Below the pieces are notes generated by a model. It had not been told where the DNA came from and did not search any database. It was given only the letters and a program-made list of their open reading frames with translations. Positions 23,213 through 35,398 of a stretch of 64,000 nt of DNA are shown here, piece after piece. The number at the start of each line of letters is the position of its first letter. The stretch's first letter is position 1. The DNA comes from Octopus sinensis (lineage: Eukaryota), in assembly GCF_006345805.1 (NCBI RefSeq), contig NC_043025.1:1860001-1924000 (forward strand), given 5' to 3'. A program made the translations under genes and the position numbers.

Positions 23213-24302
23213 CATATATATATATAAATATTCATACGCATTCAGAGATCTACACACACGTATAAAATGTGTATTCTTTTCTTTAATTCTTTTACTTGTT
23301 TAAGTCATTGGACTGCAACCTTGCTGGTGTGTCACCTCAAATGCCTTTATGCCGAAGAGCCGAAGAAATTTACACCTGGGCTTATTTTCCGTAAGCCTGG
23401 TACATATTTTATTGATCGCTTTTGCCGAACAGCTATGTTAAGGCGGACGGAAAAGACCTGATCTCAAGTTGTGAACGGGAGGCAAATATAGTCACACAGA
23501 CACACATACACAGAGGCAAACACACACACACCACACACACACACAACCCTCACACACACACACGACACACACTCACACACACATATGTATATATATATAA
23601 AAAACGGACTTCCTTCGGGTCCGTCTACAATACTAACTCACAAGTCTTTGCTCGGCCCGAGGCTATAGTAGAAGACACTTTCCCAGGTTGCCATAAAGTG
23701 AAACTGAACCTGGATCTATCTGCTTGCGGAGCAAGTTTCTTACCACATAGCCACGCCTATGCATGTGTGTTTATGTATAAGTCTATAATTAGGATGAACA
23801 AGACAAACCATGTTTAACTAATAGTTATTACGTGCGTGTAACAACGTTATGGTTGCTTGGAACCAAATGCTCACCGACAAATGATCGTCAGAACAACGTT
23901 ATTCTATTACGTTGCATAGTTATAGAAGGATAGAGAGAAAGGAAACATAAATCATATATCTGTGTATGTGTATATAAATAAATCTTAAAATAAAAGAAAA
24001 GTAACACAAATTGATTTATCTATTCGCATTCTGAGTTCCTTTCCTGTCGAACTCCCCTTTGCATTTCATTTCTCAGAGGTGCTGAAGTTCAATTAGTCGA
24101 CTGTCCACCTCCCCCACAAAACACAACCACTGGCATTCTACCTAACCCAGAAACCACTTTATAGGCGTCAATCTAGGATTTTAGGACGAAGAATAGCTAC
24201 GCGGGGTCATATGTAATAATTAAGGTTATATAAAGATGCATGAGGATATATATACATACACAACACTCACAATATATGTGTGTGTGTATGTATGTACCTT
24301 TG

Positions 24303-24354
<52 letters not shown>

Positions 24355-24357
24355 TTT

Positions 24358-24388
<31 letters not shown>

Positions 24389-24830
24389 CACATATATATA
24401 ACATATGTACATATGAATGTATATGTGAGCGTGTGTCTACATGTGTGTGAATATATGCACATGTGTACGAGGCAAAACGTTCACACACACACACACATAT
24501 ATATATATATTCATACGCATTTAGATATATACACACACACATATATAAATGTGTATTTTTTTTCTTTAATTCTTTTACATGTTGGAGACATTTGCCTGCG
24601 CCCATGCTGGAGCACCATATCAAAAGCCTTGAAGCCCAATAAACTGACATCAGGGCTTATTATTTGTAAGCGAATTACTTATTTTATTGGCCGCATTTGC
24701 CGAACCCGCAATGTTAAGGAGGGGCGTAAAAAAACTACTGTCAAGATATGAATGGGTAACAAACACAGTCGCAAAGACCAACACACATACACAAACAAAC
24801 AAACTCATACACACACAGACACACATATAC

Positions 24831-24921
<91 letters not shown>

Positions 24922-26267
24922 ACTTCTTCGGTTTCAGTCTACCAAATCCACTCTTAAGGCTGTGGTCGGCCCGAGGCTAAAGTTGAAGACACTTTCCCAA
25001 ATTGACATGCAGTGAAACTGAACCTGGAACTATCTGCTTTCGAACCATGTTTCTTACCACACAGCCACGCCAATGCATATGTATTTATGTATAGTCTATA
25101 TATAGGATGAACAGACAAAGAAATATTTCAATATAATTCTGACGTGCATGTAACAACGTTATGGTTGCTTGGAACCAAATGCTCGCCGACAAATGACAGT
25201 CAGGAACAACGTTATTCTATTAAGTTGCATGTTTATAGAAAGATAGAGAGAAAGGGAAACATAAATCATATATATGTGTGTGTGTATATAAATGATAAAT
25301 CTTAAAATAAAAGTAACAAAAATTTATTTACCTTTATAGAGCCGGCCCCAAATATGACTTCAGTTTCAATTTTTGAAAGAATTTAAAGAAGTTTTATCCA
25401 CTTATCTGAATATTCTATTGCCTCATATAAGTCTTTGTCTCACGTTCCAGCTGCTATCGGAAAAGAATACTGAATGAAATACCCTGTTGTAATAATTCTC
25501 CAATATTTTTTTAAAACGAAAGTGGTAGTATTTTCCCTTGATATATGTGATTGACTGAAATTCTTTAATATCCGGAAAATAAATCCATTTTCCAGCTATT
25601 CACCATTCCTACAAGTCAAGTATTGAAATGGTCCCTGTGCAACATGAGATGAAGTGTCTTGCGCACAATACATCCCTCGGTCCTGTATCTGAAATCACGA
25701 CCTTGTTATCGTGAGTAGCACCCTTAATCACGATTTCATGTGTCCTCGGCTTCTATTATATTACCAAAACTTTATTTTTCATGTGTCGTGACAACACCCA
25801 GAGAAAATTCCTATCTACTTGACGCTTTTCTAAAACAAACGCCATTGTTTTTATCGATTATTGGGATGGCGATATATGCTCAAAGACACGATCTCATCTC
25901 TCTAGTTACTAAAATGCAAACCCGACGATTTTCCCTCCTTTCCCAGAATATGTTTCACTTGGTTGTAAAGTATGCTTGTTGTTCACTGGTGACAAGACTA
26001 TGATCAGAGGCGTTTCGGTCATGATCATCCCGTCGATTCACTTACATCGCAATGTGTGTTGTGTTCTTTTCGTGGTTAAGACGGTAGGGTGTGAGACAAT
26101 GGAATATCATTGTCTCACATGCTTACGACAGGGCTGATAGCGCAAATGTTCCAGTAATAGGCATTCATTAGTCCTGAAACCTACATCTACAATAATTATT
26201 GAATGACATCAGATGATGTGGATGTTAATTTTCATAGATCTCTCCGAAATATAAGTCCGACCTTACA

Positions 26268-26935
26268 TTTAATTTTTGCTTAGAAACTCTGTCTCCCTTT
26301 TCAGCTTCCTCTCAGCAACCATAACCATTTCTCAATATTACTATTTCCTGCAACTATCTTTGCCAATCGACCATGCCATACATTCTCTTGTCAGTTAGAT
26401 AATCTCCCTCCTTTTTTCTGGTTTTAATTTCATTTGGATTTTTCCTTTCCTATCTCCTACTGTAAATCTTGCAACTCATAAATTTTATTCACTATTATAT
26501 ATATCAACTCTAGCTAACTCTACGCTACTTTCTGCTGATATTAAACCTCTTCCACCTTCCACATCGTTATTCTAAGTAGGGCAATCTTGCTCTTCCTAAT
26601 CGAGGCTGAAGTCCTCCATTCATATTGAATTCCTTCCTAGTTCTTCTGTCTAGATTGGTAATTCAGATCTTTTCCAATCAACAATTCTGCTGAATACCGA
26701 AGTAACGACACTTCCCAAAGTTTTTACAACCTTTACTAGATTTAGAATCCTTCGCTTTCCCTTCATTAGCTTCTTCAACCTTCCGATGTACTCCTTATCT
26801 ATTTTTGTTTTCATTTCCATTGTTAGTACACTTTCAGATTCTAATACTCCGAAGCACTTAGGATTCTCTGCCTTCAGTGATATTACTCTCTTGCTATCTG
26901 ACCTTCACTGCTGACTAACTGTCCCCCTTTTTATG
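26268..26935 (-). mobile_element. R4-clade RT fragment, family C (unit-1 copy)
   Basis: Homologous to 43165-43830 and 60275-60940; the paralogous 60616-60813 ORF reads KIDKEYIGRLKKL...LANLDRRTRR. Confidence 0.7.
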
Positions 26936-27179
26936 ACTTATGTGGCGCACATATCTATGCCAAATTCCTATATCTTTGCTGAAGAGTCTTACAATTCGTG
27001 TTCCTATAGATATATACGCTATAGGAATATGCCACTGCATATATGTGTGCATATGTTAGTGCATGTATGTATATATGTATGTCTGTATGCATGTGTGTGT
27101 ATACATGCATCCCCTTAACCCCCACGTCAAACACCCCCTCTCTATATAGACTAAGCCCTATATACTCTCATATATTTCT

Positions 27180-27540
27180 CATTCGCCTAATAATAGACTC
27201 TTCCAAGGCCTTCCAAATCTGATTCACTTTCTATTCAAAGATGCAACTGTTAACTTCCATTATCCTTTGCCAGGGACTTTCCTGGAAACTTTACTAACTC
27301 TCCGATCACGAAAATACCAAACACATTTATCTGAGAACTCCATGGTTTCCCAAAAGACTGGGAACGAATAATATCCTCGATAAAGGATATTATGCATTTC
27401 TGCATTTTCTTCTTCTTTCTCCAATAACGGAATGATTTGCTCAGATGGAATTCTTTACTCAATAACATGCTTAGCTATTCTAGAAACAGCTATAAGAGAC
27501 TTTGTGCATATTTGTAACCACTCTGCACAGTTCTTTTATT
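27180..27540 (-). mobile_element. Probable L1/Tx1 ORF2 fragment (end of APE + GxWKLN linker); also 45095-45450 and 62470-62820
   Basis: Minus frame ...SRIAKHVIE*RIPSEQ...FSDKCVWYF...VPGKG*WKLTVASL resembles SRID...SDHK...GPGYWKLNVSLL; stops are shared by the copies. Confidence 0.4.
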
Positions 27541-27959
27541 TGTTTCAGCCATTTCACTGCGGCCATGCTGGAGCACCGCCTTTTTCATCTAACAAATGGA
27601 CACCGGGATTTATTCTGTATAAGCCTTGTACTTATCCTATCGGACTCCTTTGCCGAACCGCTCAGCTACAGACACGTAAACTCACCAACATCAGTTGTCA
27701 AGTGATGGTGGGGAGAAAAACACACACACAGATTTGACGGATGTCTTTCAGTTTCCACTCAGAAGGCTTTGGTCGGCCCGAGGCTATAGTAGAAGACATT
27801 TGCCCAAGGTGCCACGCAGTGGGACTGAACCCGTAACAATGTGTTTGGTAAGCAGGCTACATACTACACACCAACACAGGTCATCAAGCGGTGAGACAAA
27901 CACTGACACAATGACACACACACACACACACTGATACATACAGACAGACATATATAGGC

Positions 27960-28325
27960 ATAGGAGTGGCCGTAGAGTATGAAACACATGGTTCCGGGTT
28001 CACTCCCGTTGCGAGACACCTTGGCTGAGTGTCTTCTACTATAGCCAAGGGCCGACCAAAGCCATTTGTGTGGATTTCATAGATGGAAACACAAATAAGC
28101 CCGTCGTATGTGTGTGTGTGTGTATGTGTGTGTCTATATTTGTCCATCCACCATACCTTGACAACCGATGTTGGTGTGCTTACGTCCCTGTAACTTGACG
28201 GTTCTGGAAAAGAAACTGATAGAATAAGTACTAGGCTTACAAAGATTAAGTCCTAGGGACGATTTGTTCGGCTAGAGGCGGAGCTCCAGCATGGCCGCAG
28301 TCAAATGACTGAAACAAGTAAAAGA
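27960..28325 (+). mobile_element. SINE family 1 (further plus copies: 41805-42065, 46385-46765, 63605-63970)
   Basis: tRNA-like head ggagtggccgtagag...ggttccgggttcactccc, body actatagcc..ggccgaccaaagcc, tail ctccagcatggccgcagtcaaatgactgaaacaagtaaaaga. Confidence 0.85.
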
Positions 28326-28898
28326 ATAGTCACTATGGGCTTCTTTCCGTTTCCATCTACCAAATCCACTCCTGAAGATGTTGAGAGTCCAATGGCTACA
28401 GTAGAAGATATGTGCGCAGTGTGACACGTAGTGGAACTGAACCCGAAACCAGATTTGGAAGCAAGCGTCTTACCACACAGCCGCGCCTAAATATGCCCCC
28501 CTACACAGATTCAATCCAAGGAAACACGCATAAAGATGAAACACTCTCCAAGCCGTTCACTTTATAATTTGTTAAAACCATTACATGGTGTCCATTAGTG
28601 AGTGATGCTGTGTTTTGTTTTATTTCTCCTACACATTCATTTCAAATTTTGGCACAACACCAGCAATTTCGGGGAGGGAGTAAGTTGATTGCATCGACCC
28701 CAGTACTTTACTGATATTGATTTCATCGACCCCGAAAGGATAAAAGGCAAAGACAACCTCGGCGGAATATTTCTACTTAATATTTAATATTATTACGTTC
28801 ATGCATTTTTGAAATTAGGTGTTAAAACAGAAATTCTTCTATTTGGAGATGGTCGCCTGTGCCAATGAAAACACACGCAATATATATTTGATCTTCAC

Positions 28899-28946
<48 letters not shown>

Positions 28947-29058
28947 GTTGTGGTTGTTGTTGTTGTCGTCGTTGTCGTTGTTGTTGTCGTCGTTGTCGTT
29001 GTTGTGGTTGTTTTTGGGACGCCGGGTGAAACGCTTAGAAGTATTTCGTCTGCCCAAA

Positions 29059-29420
29059 GGCGGCGAGTTGGCAGAAACGTGAGCACGTCGGGCGAAATGC
29101 TTAGCAGTATTTCGTCTACGGTTACGTTCTGAGTTCAAATTCCGCCGAGGTCGAGATTGCCTTTCATCCAATCGGGGTCGATTAAATAAGCACCTGGTAC
29201 GCACTGGGGTCGATATAATCGACATAATCCGTTTGTCTGTCTGTCCTTGTTTGTCCTCTCTGTGTATAGCCCCTTGTGGGTAGTTAAAAAATACATATTT
29301 CATCTCTCACTACGTTCTGATTTCAAATTCCGCCGAGGTCGACTTTGTCTTTCATCCTTTCAGGGACGATAAATTAAGTACCAGTTACAAGCTGGGGTCG
29401 ATGCAATGGACTTGTCCTTG
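29059..29420 (+). mobile_element. SINE family 2, tandem/partial copies (paralogues at 47410-47770; others 35064-35260, 48808-49010)
   Basis: ggcggcgagttggcagaaacgt..gggcgaaatgc..ttctgagttcaaattccgccgaggtcga..ctttcatcc..ggggtcgat. Confidence 0.88.
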
Positions 29421-29489
29421 TGCTTCCAAAGACAGGATAATAATAATAATAATAATAATTTTATTATTATTATTATTATTATTACTACT

Positions 29490-29998
29490 GAGTGAGAGAG
29501 CAGTTCATGCCATCAAAGTGACACTGGGGTAAAATATACGAAGCCCAATATACCCATCATGACTACCCGTCTCATAAAGGTACACCAGGCACATGCATCA
29601 CAACCATATGTGCGCGACATGGTGATCTCATATCAAGATAAACAGCACATGACCTTGCAGTTGGGGCCCAGTTAGAATTTTCTTCAGATTGAGTAGCCCA
29701 TCCCGCTCAAACGGTCCCTGAATAAGGGTTGTTTAAGGATGTTGAAAGAACCACCCATGTTTCCAGAGGTGAACTATTCAAACCCCAAAGAATCCCTCTC
29801 AACACATGGCTATGATGATCCCGTCAGCCACGTTCAACTGGTTAAGGTCAAACACCTGACAAGCAAATCTGTGGTATTGAGCAGAATAGTTGCTGTAGCC
29901 CATCTTTTATACCAAGACAAAACAATGTACATGATGACACTTCCAATCAGTTAAGATCAGAATCCATGAGAGCCACTGCCTGGTACTGCATCAGGGCA
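29490..29998. mobile_element. (TTA)n-embedded non-coding element, internally deleted copy
   Basis: Homologous to 11074-11746 and 53102-53646; lacks part of the ccactacttctgctcgtgatc... segment. Confidence 0.85.
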
Positions 29999-30026
29999 TT
30001 TATTATTATTATAATTATTATTATTC

Positions 30027-33000
30027 TATGTTTGACTTTTGCTTTATATTTGTACAAGTTGGCTCCAAGTCTCACCCAGAGACCTCAAGAGACAACAGGG
30101 TTGGAAGTTCATGTTGTTGTTATGCCTAGTGTGCCATATATTTGGGGGTGGGGATGTTGTACTAATGAATGTCTAAAAAGAAAAAAAAAGTTTTTTTTTT
30201 TTTTTTTAAAAAAACCGAAAAATGTTTGTTTTAAACCTTGAGATTACATAGAGAGTATTTTGCGTAGATATGAGCAGTTCCCATGAGCACTATCTTTTGA
30301 ACTTCTGCCATTTTTGGGTTTCCTGGTATCTGAGTTAGGTAGCTATCAACCCCTTTTGCTATCATTCCCAGGGCACCTATGACAACAGGTATTGTTTTAG
30401 TCTTCAGCTTCCACATTTTGCTGATTTCTATTTCAAGATATTTATATTTGCTCAGTTTTTGGTAGGTCTTGACAGATACGTTTATATCGATTGGGACAGT
30501 CATATCAATGAGGAGGCATGTTCTTTGTTTGAAGTTTTTCAATATGATGTCTGGCCTATTTGCATCTATCTTCCTGTCAGTTTGAATGGTGAAGTTCCAC
30601 AGGAGTGAGATGTGGTCATTTTCAAGCACTGGGTGTGGTTTGTGTTCCCACCAGTTTTTTTCATGGGGCAAATCCAGGTTTTTACAGATTACCCAGTGAA
30701 TATATTGTGCAGCTCTATCGTGCCTGTTGAGATACTCTGTAGGCGCTAGAAGACTGCACTTGGAGACCACATGGTCAATGGTTTCATTTTGTTGCTTGCA
30801 TACACGACACGTTGGACTGCTTCTGATCTTTAATATGTTGGCCTGGTAGTTTTCTTCTTGTTGGTAGGCATTGATCTTGAGCTGCTATGATAAACCCCTC
30901 TGTTTCAGATTTTAAGCCAGAGGTCATTAGCCATTGATGGGTCAGGGCTTTGTCGATATCTGCATTATTCGCTCTCTTTGGGTATTTGCCATAGAGAGGT
31001 TTTTCTTGCCATTTATTATTCAGAATATCTAAGGCCGCAGTTTTTGGCACGGGTTTTCATGCGCCTAGCTTTTTCTGTGCTTGTTTCTTGTATATCTATC
31101 TCTAATTCCGAAATTGGTTGTATTCGGATTCACTTAGATATTCCTTTGCCTGTTTTGTGACTGAGTATGATGCTTTCTTGTTTTCATGTTTTGAGACAGG
31201 TTTTAGCATCCAGTCCTCAGAGTTTTTCAGGTAGGTGTCTAGGCCAATTGTAGCAATCTTCATTGTTATTGCCAGTTGCAAAAGACCACGGCCTCCCTCT
31301 TTTCTTGGCAGATAGAGTCGTTCTGTATCTGCCTTAGGGTGGCGCATTCTATGCATAGTCAACAGTTTCCTTATTTTTCTGTCGAGCTGACATATTTCAG
31401 TAATTGACCAGTTAACAATATTGAAACTGTAAGTCACGACTGGTATAGCTAATGCATTGATTGCTTCGATCCTGTTTCTTGCATTCAGCTCTGTCTTGAG
31501 TATTGCTCTTACTCTTCGATAGCATTCTCTCCTGATCCTTTCCTTCATCTCTGAATGCCTTATTCCGTTCCCTTCAATTATCCCTAGGTACTTGTAGCTC
31601 TCCGCTGGGTCTAGTTATTTTATGACATTCTGTTGGTCAAGGTTAACGTTAGATGTTTCTGTCATTTTTCCTTTGATAAAGGTAGCCTTTGCACATTTAT
31701 CGAGGCCGAATTGCATTCTGATGTCGTCACTGAATTGTTTGACTATCGCTAGTAAGCCCTTGAGTTGTTGATCATTTTTTGCAAAAAGCTTTAAATCATC
31801 CATGTAAACGAGATGATTTATATTTTTATCAACATTTTATACCCGTACTGCGCGTCATTGAGCAGCTTTGAGAGAGGTATTAAGGATAAACAAAAGAGGA
31901 GTGGTGACAGTGAGTCACCCTGGAAAATGCCACACGAAATTTTTACATCACCAGCATTTAGGGATTCACTGTCACTGTTCAGAGTTAGTGTGGTTCTCCA
32001 TGATCTCATACTTACAGTCAAGAAGTTTCGCAGAGTTGGTGCTATCTTATACATTTCAAGGCATTTCCTAATCCAGCTATGTGGTAGGCTATCAAAAGCC
32101 TTTTAATAGTCTATCCAGGCTATTGATAAGTTTTTGTGTCGTTTGTGACAATCTTCTTATTGATGAGTAGTTGGTCTTTACAGCCGTAGGATCCACGTTT
32201 ACATCCTTTCTGTTCATTAGGGAATATGCTGCTGTCTGTTAAAAAACTATAGGTATATTCCGTCAGGACAGATGTTAGTGTTTTGTACATAGTTGTTAAG
32301 CAGGTTATGGGTCTATAGTTTTTTGGTTCATTTGTTTCTTCACTTTTTGGAAGCAGGAATGTTAACCCATTAACTAGCCAAGGAGGCATCCTACTAGGGT
32401 GTTGCAAAACATCATTGTACAGTTCTGTTAGCAGTTCATGGCTCTCTGGGAAGGCTTCAGCCAGAAGTTAGGAATTTTATCCTTTCCTGGAGACTTCCAT
32501 TTGCTTGACCTCCTGAGAGCAGATCTTATATCTTCTATTACCTACCGACACCCTCCCACTTTTGCTCTTCTAAGGGGTCTAGTTCTGTAGATATTCTGTC
32601 CAATCCAGGGGGCCTTTTCGTTGTGTGTTTTTTCTTCTGCCCAGATTTTTTCCAAAATCTCTGCACTTCTTCTTTTGATGGTACAGACCCTGCAGTAAAC
32701 GCTGTTTTTCCTATCTTCCTGTAAAATTCTTGGTGTTATTTTTGAACATGTTGTTGTCCTTGAAAATCTAACACGCTTTTCATACCTCGCTATGCGGGCA
32801 GCTTTGGCAGATACCTTTTGTTTGATGGTTTCTATGGTGGCATCAATATCAAGTATAGTTTTCATATTGTATTTTTTCAGTAATTTTTGGGTTTTTGTAG
32901 GTTTCGTAATCTTGTGAGCCTTAAGGTTTTTCAAATATTCAATGTCAGATCTAAATATTTTAATTTGTTGTTGCAGACGCTCTTGGCAAGAAGGCTTTTG

Positions 33001-34092
33001 TGGGACTGTTGCCGTTTTCTAATCTTTACACCACATAGGATCGTTGAGATTTTCGCGGATGCATAGTATAGGTGGTTGAGGTTTGTGATATCAACATCAT
33101 TAACTGAAATTATATCCTTAAGTGCAAGCCGGATTTTACCAATTATTTTCATGTTTTGGTTAGAGTTGCGGATTTTAGGAAGTATCATCACGCTCATCCA
33201 TGCTGGTTTCTTTAATTTTCAGCCATTCAATCATGATTTGATTTTTTAGCTCATGTAGTTCTGTTGGGTCAATATTTGTGTGACTTTCTTTATCTATTTG
33301 ATGCTCATCTGTCTTAGTGTTTATGATTGGTTCAGGGCGTATTCACTTTGCCTATCACTTATACTAACTCTTTCAAACCTCTCTTCGTTTTGTTATCCGC
33401 CCTGGGCTGGTCTATAATCATTTCCTCTGTATTATCTTCTCTAGCTGCAGCTTCGTTCATTTTATCCGATATTGCTTGTCTAACCTGATCAATCTCTACT
33501 TCAGTCAGTAATTTCTTTTTTATAATGTTTCTTCTAACGTGGCAAGCTTGTTACTGTCTATGTAGGGTCTTACTTCAGGGTGTTTCTGTCTCCAGTTTAA
33601 GTATGCTTGTACAGTGCTAGACTTATCTGTGGGGAAATATATGGCATGGTAGAAGGCCTCAAGAACTTCTTTATTATCTTCCCTAGACCATTTTTCCTTC
33701 TTTTTCTTTTGATTATTTGGTGATGAGCATGGATGGCCATCTGTTGGAATATTCCGGTTGTGGGGTTCGTCCAGCTCCTGTGTGTTGGGAAGATTTGATC
33801 CAGTAACTGATTTTTCAATCAGGATTTGGTTCAATTTTCGGGTACGTGGTCTTTTGTAATCCGCGCAATGACCAATGCGGTTTATTGTTTGATTTGTTGA
33901 CCTTGAAGCATGACGAGCATCCATTCTTATATTAGGAGATGGATCTGTCAGTTTAGGGTTCACTACATGTAAGCATTGCTCATAGCGCCGCTTCTTAAGA
34001 CTAGCAGATCTATATTCGTCTGTATTTTTTTTGTTGATAGTTTTATCTCCGGACATTTTTTTTTCCTCCTTTCCTCCTCTTCCTTTCTTCAA
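30027..34092 (-). mobile_element. R4/Dong-like RLE non-LTR retrotransposon, family A, near full length, frameshifted
   Basis: N-terminal KWSREDNKEVL..W...SNKLA; RT motifs NYRPITCL, GIFQGDSLSP, YMDDLK; zinc knuckle C..C...H...C..L....YLNRHD; RPD..K endonuclease; 3'UTR ends in (AAT)n. Confidence 0.93.
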
Positions 34093-34964
34093 GGCTTACT
34101 GTGTCTGTATTAGTTCGAAATAATGAGAATAAAATACGGAGAAGGAAACGAAAAGAAAGGGAAAAAGACGGGATCTGTCAGTATTATTGTCATTACTATC
34201 ATCTTCACCACCATCACCATCATCAGCACCACATCACCATCATCACATCATCATCTTCAATGACATTGTTTTGTGTAGCCACAGTCACCATCAACACTCC
34301 ATTGTGTTGGAGAATGGGTGGTTAAAGAATTCATGTTCTTTGGGTCTATAAATAGCCACGGTAGATGGTGGAGACAAAGGACGTTAATGGTCAGTAAAAG
34401 GTCAAATTTATTTATTTTTTTTTCCTTTCTTTCTTCTTCTTTCTTCACCACATGCATATGTATATGTTATATATGTATATTCACTCACACATATTATCTG
34501 ATGTTTTCGTCGAAGATTTTTTTTTTCTTTTTTTAAATAACTTTCTGAGTTCAATGTTATGTATATAATTTTAAATTTCTGAATTCAGTTGTATGTATAT
34601 AGTAGTAGGTGCTTAATTCAATAACTTTTTATCGTGCATTTAATTGTATTGTAACAATAAAAGGTAATTTAAAAGGCAATTTTACACATTCTTATAGTCA
34701 TGAGAGACGACTAAATGTAAATGTTCACACAGAATTGGAGATATTTATGTTTCTAATTGTTCTTGTTAGGTGTACGTTTGTATGAGCTGTAGATATGTAA
34801 GTTTTTTTTTTTTTACTTATTTTGAGGGTAATTCAAATTACTTACAGTAAACAGTAGATCTTCCAGTTTTCTACAGTTGTCCTGCTGGGTTCGCTGTTGC
34901 CAGTTCAGAGCATCGTAAAAATACGTCCATCCTCTGTCACGTCCAGCCGCCTATTCTTATTCTT

Positions 34965-35038
<74 letters not shown>

Positions 35039-35329
35039 CATTATTATTATTTATCACTATTAAGGTGGAGAGCTGGCAGAATCGTTAGCACACCGGGCAA
35101 AATGCTTGGTAGTATTTCATCCATCATTAGTTTCTGAGTTCAAATTTCCACGAGGTCAACTTGGTATTTCATCATTTCGAGGTCTATAATTTAAATACCA
35201 GTTAAGTACTAGGGGCTATGTAATCGACTAACTCACCCCACCAAATATTTCAGGCCTTGTGCCTATAGTAGGAACGACTGTTATTTTTGTTGTTGTTATC
35301 GTTGTTATTATTATTTTTATTATATTATT

Positions 35330-35382
<53 letters not shown>

Positions 35383-35398
35383 TATTATTATTATTATT

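Noticed and set aside
18180-25280. Regularly recurring about 200-bp blocks with different intervening sequence (CRISPR-like at first glance)
   Set aside because: Units are hundreds of bp, the spacers are themselves duplicated SINE/segmental sequence, the context is eukaryotic, and there are no cas genes.
27170-27360. Plus-strand FQGLPNL, suggesting an LRR exon
   Set aside because: Surrounding residues lack LRR periodicity; the antisense frame fits a LINE ORF2 fragment better.
34875-34955. HDV-like ribozyme at the putative 5' end of R4-A (ggcaaca-gcgaa motif)
   Set aside because: Could not assemble P1/P2/P3 in the required nested order, and no canonical L3.
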